A stretch of DNA of 16,743 nt from a virus. The position numbers were made by a program, and so were the translations under genes. Shown in pieces: positions 14,948 through 16,743 of this stretch. Each line of letters begins with the position of its first letter. Positions within the stretch are counted from its first letter, which is position 1. The DNA is taken from UHGV virus genome UHGV-0045952. One strand, written 5' to 3'. The notes beneath the pieces were generated by a model, which had not been told where the DNA came from, did no database searches, and saw only the letters and a list, made by a program, of their open reading frames with translations.

Positions 14948-15163
14948 ATGAAATCAATGGACAAAATCTCAACTGGCATTGCCTACGGCACCTCAGCAGG
15001 TAGTGCCGGGTACTGGTTTTTACAGTGGCTTGATCAGGTCAGTCCGTCACAGTGGGCTGCGATTGGTGTACTGGGGAGTCTGGTTCTGGGCTTCCTGACT
15101 TATCTGACAAATCTGTACTTCAAAATCAGAGAAGACAAGCGTAAGGCTGCACGGGGAGAGTAA
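14948..15163 (+). CDS. S: S21-type pinholin with dual-start motif
   Basis: 71 aa beginning MKSMDK (starts at Met1 and Met4); sequence ...[24 protein letters not shown]... matches the phage 21 holin as I recall it; GGAGG upstream. Confidence 0.85.
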   Translation: MKSMDKISTGIAYGTSAGSAGYWFLQWLDQVSPSQWAAIGVLGSLVLGFLTYLTNLYFKIREDKRKAARGE

Positions 15164-15167
15164 TTCA

Positions 15168-15518
15168 ATGACTCAAAACTATGAACTGATTGTGAAAGGG
15201 ATCCGCAATTTTGAGAATAAAGTTACGGTAACTTTAGCGTTACGGGACAAAAAACGCTTTGACGGCGAAATTTTTGACCTGGACATCTCGCTGGACCGTG
15301 TTGAAGGTGCCGCGCTGGAGTTTTATGAGGCAGCAGCCAGAAGGAGCATCAGACAGGTCTTCCTGGATGTTGCTGCCGGGTTATGTGAAGGGGATGAGCA
15401 GTCGCCGGAAAAGCGCCCCGTAATTTTAGAGGCGCAGAATGTGTGGATAACCTACAAAGGAAAGCTACCAGGAATAATTACTGGTTCTCTGAAGACTCCT
15501 CCGGAATCACAACATTAA
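15168..15518 (+). CDS. Hypothetical protein between holin and endolysin (possibly YdfR/DUF1327-like)
   Basis: 116 aa; ATG 5 nt after the holin stop with GGGGAGAG upstream. The YdfR/DUF1327 suggestion is an uncertain recollection that a gene of unknown function sits between holin and lysozyme in the E. coli Qin prophage. Confidence 0.45.
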   Translation: MTQNYELIVKGIRNFENKVTVTLALRDKKRFDGEIFDLDISLDRVEGAALEFYEAAARRSIRQVFLDVAAGLCEGDEQSPEKRPVILEAQNVWITYKGKLPGIITGSLKTPPESQH

Positions 15519-15553
15519 GTCACTGACCGGAACAGATAAACCTGTCCGTGGGC

Positions 15554-15563
15554 NNNNNNNNNN
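15554..15563. other. Assembly gap (10 N)
   Basis: Run of N between two diverged copies of the same roughly 85-bp segment. Confidence 0.95.
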
Positions 15564-15651
15564 ATTTTAGAGGCGCAGGATGTGTTGATAACCTACAGAG
15601 GAAAACTACCGGGAATAATTACGGGTTCTCTGAAGAGTCCGCCGAAATGGT
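15564..15651 (+). repeat. Diverged partial duplicate of the 3' end of the 15168..15518 gene
   Basis: 15564..15648 aligns with 15423..15507 at roughly 90 percent identity; in frame it would encode ILEAQDVLITYRGKLPGIITGSLKSPPKW versus ILEAQNVWITYKGKLPGIITGSLKTPPESQH; several differences are synonymous. Confidence 0.6.
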
Positions 15652-15891
15652 AATTTTACCAGCATATTTTTCATCCAGTAATACAGCAAGCCGCCTGAAA
15701 GAGTCTTGTTGTTCCTGAGACCATTTGGGATTGCATGATTCAAACTGGATTGATGCCAGCGTTGATTGCATCTGTTCCCTTGGAATTGAGAATGCCAGAT
15801 ATGAGAAGGCGACGGTAAGGGTATTCACGTCTTCCCGAAGCCTGGAAATGCTGTCGAGCAACTCCTGTAGAGAAATGGTGTTATTGTCCAT
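15619..15891 (-). CDS. Hypothetical protein, 90 aa, convergent with the upstream gene
   Basis: ATG at 15891 with GAGGA 6 nt upstream; 3' end overlaps the duplicated segment in antisense. No family recognised. Confidence 0.4.
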   Translation of the reverse strand: MDNNTISLQELLDSISRLREDVNTLTVAFSYLAFSIPREQMQSTLASIQFESCNPKWSQEQQDSFRRLAVLLDEKYAGKITISADSSENP

Positions 15892-15996
15892 AAATAATCC
15901 TCATGATTGTATTGACCTGTTAGCAGCCTGAGGCAACAGGCTGGAACTGATAAACATATCCAGGGCTCAGAAACCGATAAATCCTGATAAATATCC

Positions 15997-16530
15997 ATGA
16001 ACGCAAAAATCAGATACGGCCTGTCGGCTGCCGTTCTGGCACTGATTGCCGTCGGTGCGCCCGCGCCTGATATTCTCGACCAGTTTCTGGATGAAAAAGA
16101 AGGTAACCACACAACGGCATACCGCGATGGTTCCGGCATCTGGACCATCTGTCGGGGTGCCACGATGGTGGATGGAAAACCCGTTTTTCCCGGTATGAAA
16201 CTGTCGAAGGAAAAATGCGACCAGGTTAACGCTATTGAACGTGATAAGGCGCTGGCATGGGTGGAGCGCAATATTAAAGTACCACTGACCGAACCACAGA
16301 AAGCGGGTATAGCGTCATTCTGTCCCTATAACATTGGCCCCGGTAAGTGTTTCCCGTCGACGTTTTATAAGCGGCTGAATGCCGGTGATCGTAAGGGCGC
16401 ATGCGAGGCGATTCGCTGGTGGATTAAGGATGGTGGGCGCGATTGCCGCATACGTTCAAATAACTGCTATGGACAGGTTATTCGTCGTGACCAGGAAAGC
16501 GCATTAGCCTGTTGGGGGATAGATCAGTGA
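15997..16530 (+). CDS. R: SAR endolysin (R21-type lysozyme)
   Basis: 177 aa; N-terminal weakly hydrophobic signal-anchor-release segment [16 protein letters not shown]; lysozyme catalytic region [20 protein letters not shown] with the E...D...T spacing. Confidence 0.85.
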   Translation: MNAKIRYGLSAAVLALIAVGAPAPDILDQFLDEKEGNHTTAYRDGSGIWTICRGATMVDGKPVFPGMKLSKEKCDQVNAIERDKALAWVERNIKVPLTEPQKAGIASFCPYNIGPGKCFPSTFYKRLNAGDRKGACEAIRWWIKDGGRDCRIRSNNCYGQVIRRDQESALACWGIDQ

Positions 16531-16743
16531 GCAGAGTCGCCGCGATTATTTATGCTCTGGTTATCTGCATCATCGTCTGTCTGTCATGGGCTGTTAATCA
16601 TTACCGTGATAACGCCATTACCTATAAAGAACAGCGCGATAAAGCCACGTACATCATCGCTGACATGCAGAAGCGTCAACGTGACGTAGCAGAACTCGAT
16701 GCCAGATATACAAAGGAGCTTGCTGATGCTAACGCGACTATCG
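16527..16743 (+). CDS. Rz: Rz-like i-spanin, 3' end beyond window
   Basis: GTG at 16527 overlapping the endolysin stop; translation [39 protein letters not shown]... parallels lambda Rz as I recall it; runs to the window edge. Confidence 0.75.
   Translation, partial: MSRVAAIIYALVICIIVCLSWAVNHYRDNAITYKEQRDKATYIIADMQKRQRDVAELDARYTKELADANATI

Noticed and set aside
1-16743. CRISPR arrays, insertion sequences, integrase or attachment sites
   Set aside because: No spaced direct-repeat arrays, no transposase-like or integrase-like ORFs and no terminal inverted repeats were seen; the window appears internal to the prophage.

Overview
This window reads as the early-to-lysis backbone of a lambdoid (phage 21-like) enterobacterial prophage; no integrase or structural genes fall inside it. 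All identifications are by eye from the sequence and recalled family signatures, with no database search run. Layout: a leftward operon on the minus strand (candidate PL and nutL, an N-like antiterminator with an arginine-rich motif, small ORFs, a Sak4-like ATPase, a DUF669/SSB-like gene); an immunity region (cI-like S24 repressor, divergent Cro-like gene, operator-like repeats); then rightward cII, an O-like initiator with internal iterons, a Toprim primase fused to a helicase, nin genes (ninB, E, F, G, H, ninI phosphatase), Q antiterminator with candidate PR' and tR', S21-type pinholin, SAR endolysin and partial Rz. The most interesting locus is an unrecognised 332-aa single-pass membrane protein (4033..5031, minus) directly downstream of cI in the position lambda uses for rexAB, so a candidate exclusion or abortive-infection gene. 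Other cargo: three divergent HNH-AP2 homing-endonuclease-like genes (one frameshifted in an A8 run, one embedded in the 5' end of ninG), and a two-gene insertion splitting holin from endolysin. Two N-gaps (3908..3997, 15554..15563) and junk-like homopolymer sequence at 3998..4030 mark this as a draft scaffold, so contiguity across them is unproven.
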